DNA of 8,296 nucleotides from a virus (Duplodnaviria; Heunggongvirae; Uroviricota; Caudoviricetes): IMG/VR virus record IMGVR_UViG_2534681674_000012; one strand, 5' to 3'. Shown piece by piece: positions 7,489 to 8,296 of this stretch (position 1 is its first letter; each line of letters starts with the position of its first letter). The notes under the pieces were generated by a model. It saw only the letters and a program-made list of their open reading frames with translations, ran no database searches and was not told where the DNA came from. The position numbers and the translations under genes were made by a program.

Positions 7489-8296
7489 TGAACCGCCCCG
7501 GGTTTCCTGGAGAGTATTTTATCTGTGAACTCAGGCTGCCAGATCATTATTTCCGATGGAAGCATAATAAGCTTTTTCTGCTTCTGCCGGAGGAATATGG
7601 CCCAGCCTTTCCAGCAATCGTCGATTGTTATACCAGTCCACCCACGTTAGTGTGGCCAGTTCCACTTCTGTCCGGTTTTTCCAGCTATTACGGTGTATTA
7701 CCTCCGCTTTGTAAAGACCATTGATGCTCTCAGCCATCGCGTTGTCATACGAGTCGCCAGTACTCCCTGTTGATGCCAGTAATCCGGCTTCCTTAAGCCG
7801 CTGCGTGTAGGCCAGCGATACATACTGAGAACCTTTATCACTGTGATGGACTGTGCCGGACGGCCGACGGGCCCACAACGCCTGCTCCAGTGCATCCAGC
7901 ACGAATGTCGTTTCCATAGACGATGAGACTCGCCACCCCACGATACATCCGGCAAACACATCAATGATGAACGCCACATAGACGAAGCCCTGCCATGTGC
8001 TGACGTAAGTAAAATCAGCCATCCACAGCTGGTCTGGACGTTCTGCCACGAACTGACGGTTTACGCGGTCGCATGCGGCAACGGCTTTCCGGCTGACGGT
8101 AGTGCGGACCTTTTTACCCCGGAGAACACCGGCAAGTCCCATAACTGCCATGAGACGTGCCACAGTGCATCTGGCCACTCTGATACTTCCCGTAACAACT
8201 GGCGCCAGACTTTATGCACACCGTATACCTGGTGATTTTCATCGTATACGCGCTGTATCTCTTTCTTCAGCCAGTCATCGTGCTGCGCACGGGCAC
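7489..8296 (-). mobile_element. IS3-family insertion sequence (IS629-like suspected), partial; its terminus lies 63 bp upstream of the Q start codon
   Basis: Element terminus TGAACCGCCCCGGGTTTCCTGGAGAG begins at 7489 (IS3-family ends start with TG…). The minus-strand transposase orfB reading frames cover 7531 to the window edge. The element continues beyond 8296. Confidence 0.75.
7531..8296 (-). pseudogene. IS3-family transposase OrfB (DDE integrase domain) with an apparent 1-bp frameshift near 8186
   Basis: Frame A (from the window edge): ARAQHDDWLKKEIQRVYDENHQVYGVHKVWRQLLRE… Frame B (7531..8178): …ARCTVARLMAVMGLAGVLRGKK… with DDE residues (WMADFTYV, HHSDKGSQY, YDNAMAES). The two frames join if one G is restored in CGGGAA(G)GTATC, giving …LLREGIRVARC…. 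Confidence 0.65.

Noticed and set aside
7488-7979. ORFs 7488..7724 (plus) and 7698..7979 (minus)
   Set aside because: They lie within the IS element, antisense to or out of frame with the transposase orfB; no independent support.

Overview
This window reads as the late region of a heavily decayed lambdoid prophage (minus strand, high to low coordinates): a partial IS3-family element, antiterminator Q, a pR'-like late promoter, an AT-rich cargo gene for a 5-TM membrane protein, an ~0.8 kb spacer with terminators and possible small-RNA/small-ORF signals, then an intact phage-21-type lysis pair (pinholin S, SAR endolysin R). Downstream, the structural module is collapsed by three apparent deletion junctions: Rz N-terminus joined to the terminase gpA C-terminus, intact gpW, portal gpB N-terminus fused in frame to the tape-measure gpH C-terminus, and an 11-codon gpM stub joined to an unknown C-terminal fragment. 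Where the distal tail genes would be, there is an AT-rich plus-strand island encoding a 453-aa leucine-rich-repeat protein (candidate type III effector, GogB/EspK-like) and a 91-aa ORF, bounded by a tail-fibre-assembly (tfa) 3' fragment. The most interesting candidates are the membrane-protein cargo gene behind pR' and the spacer upstream of the holin. All identifications rest on reading the translations and recalled family features; no database search was run.
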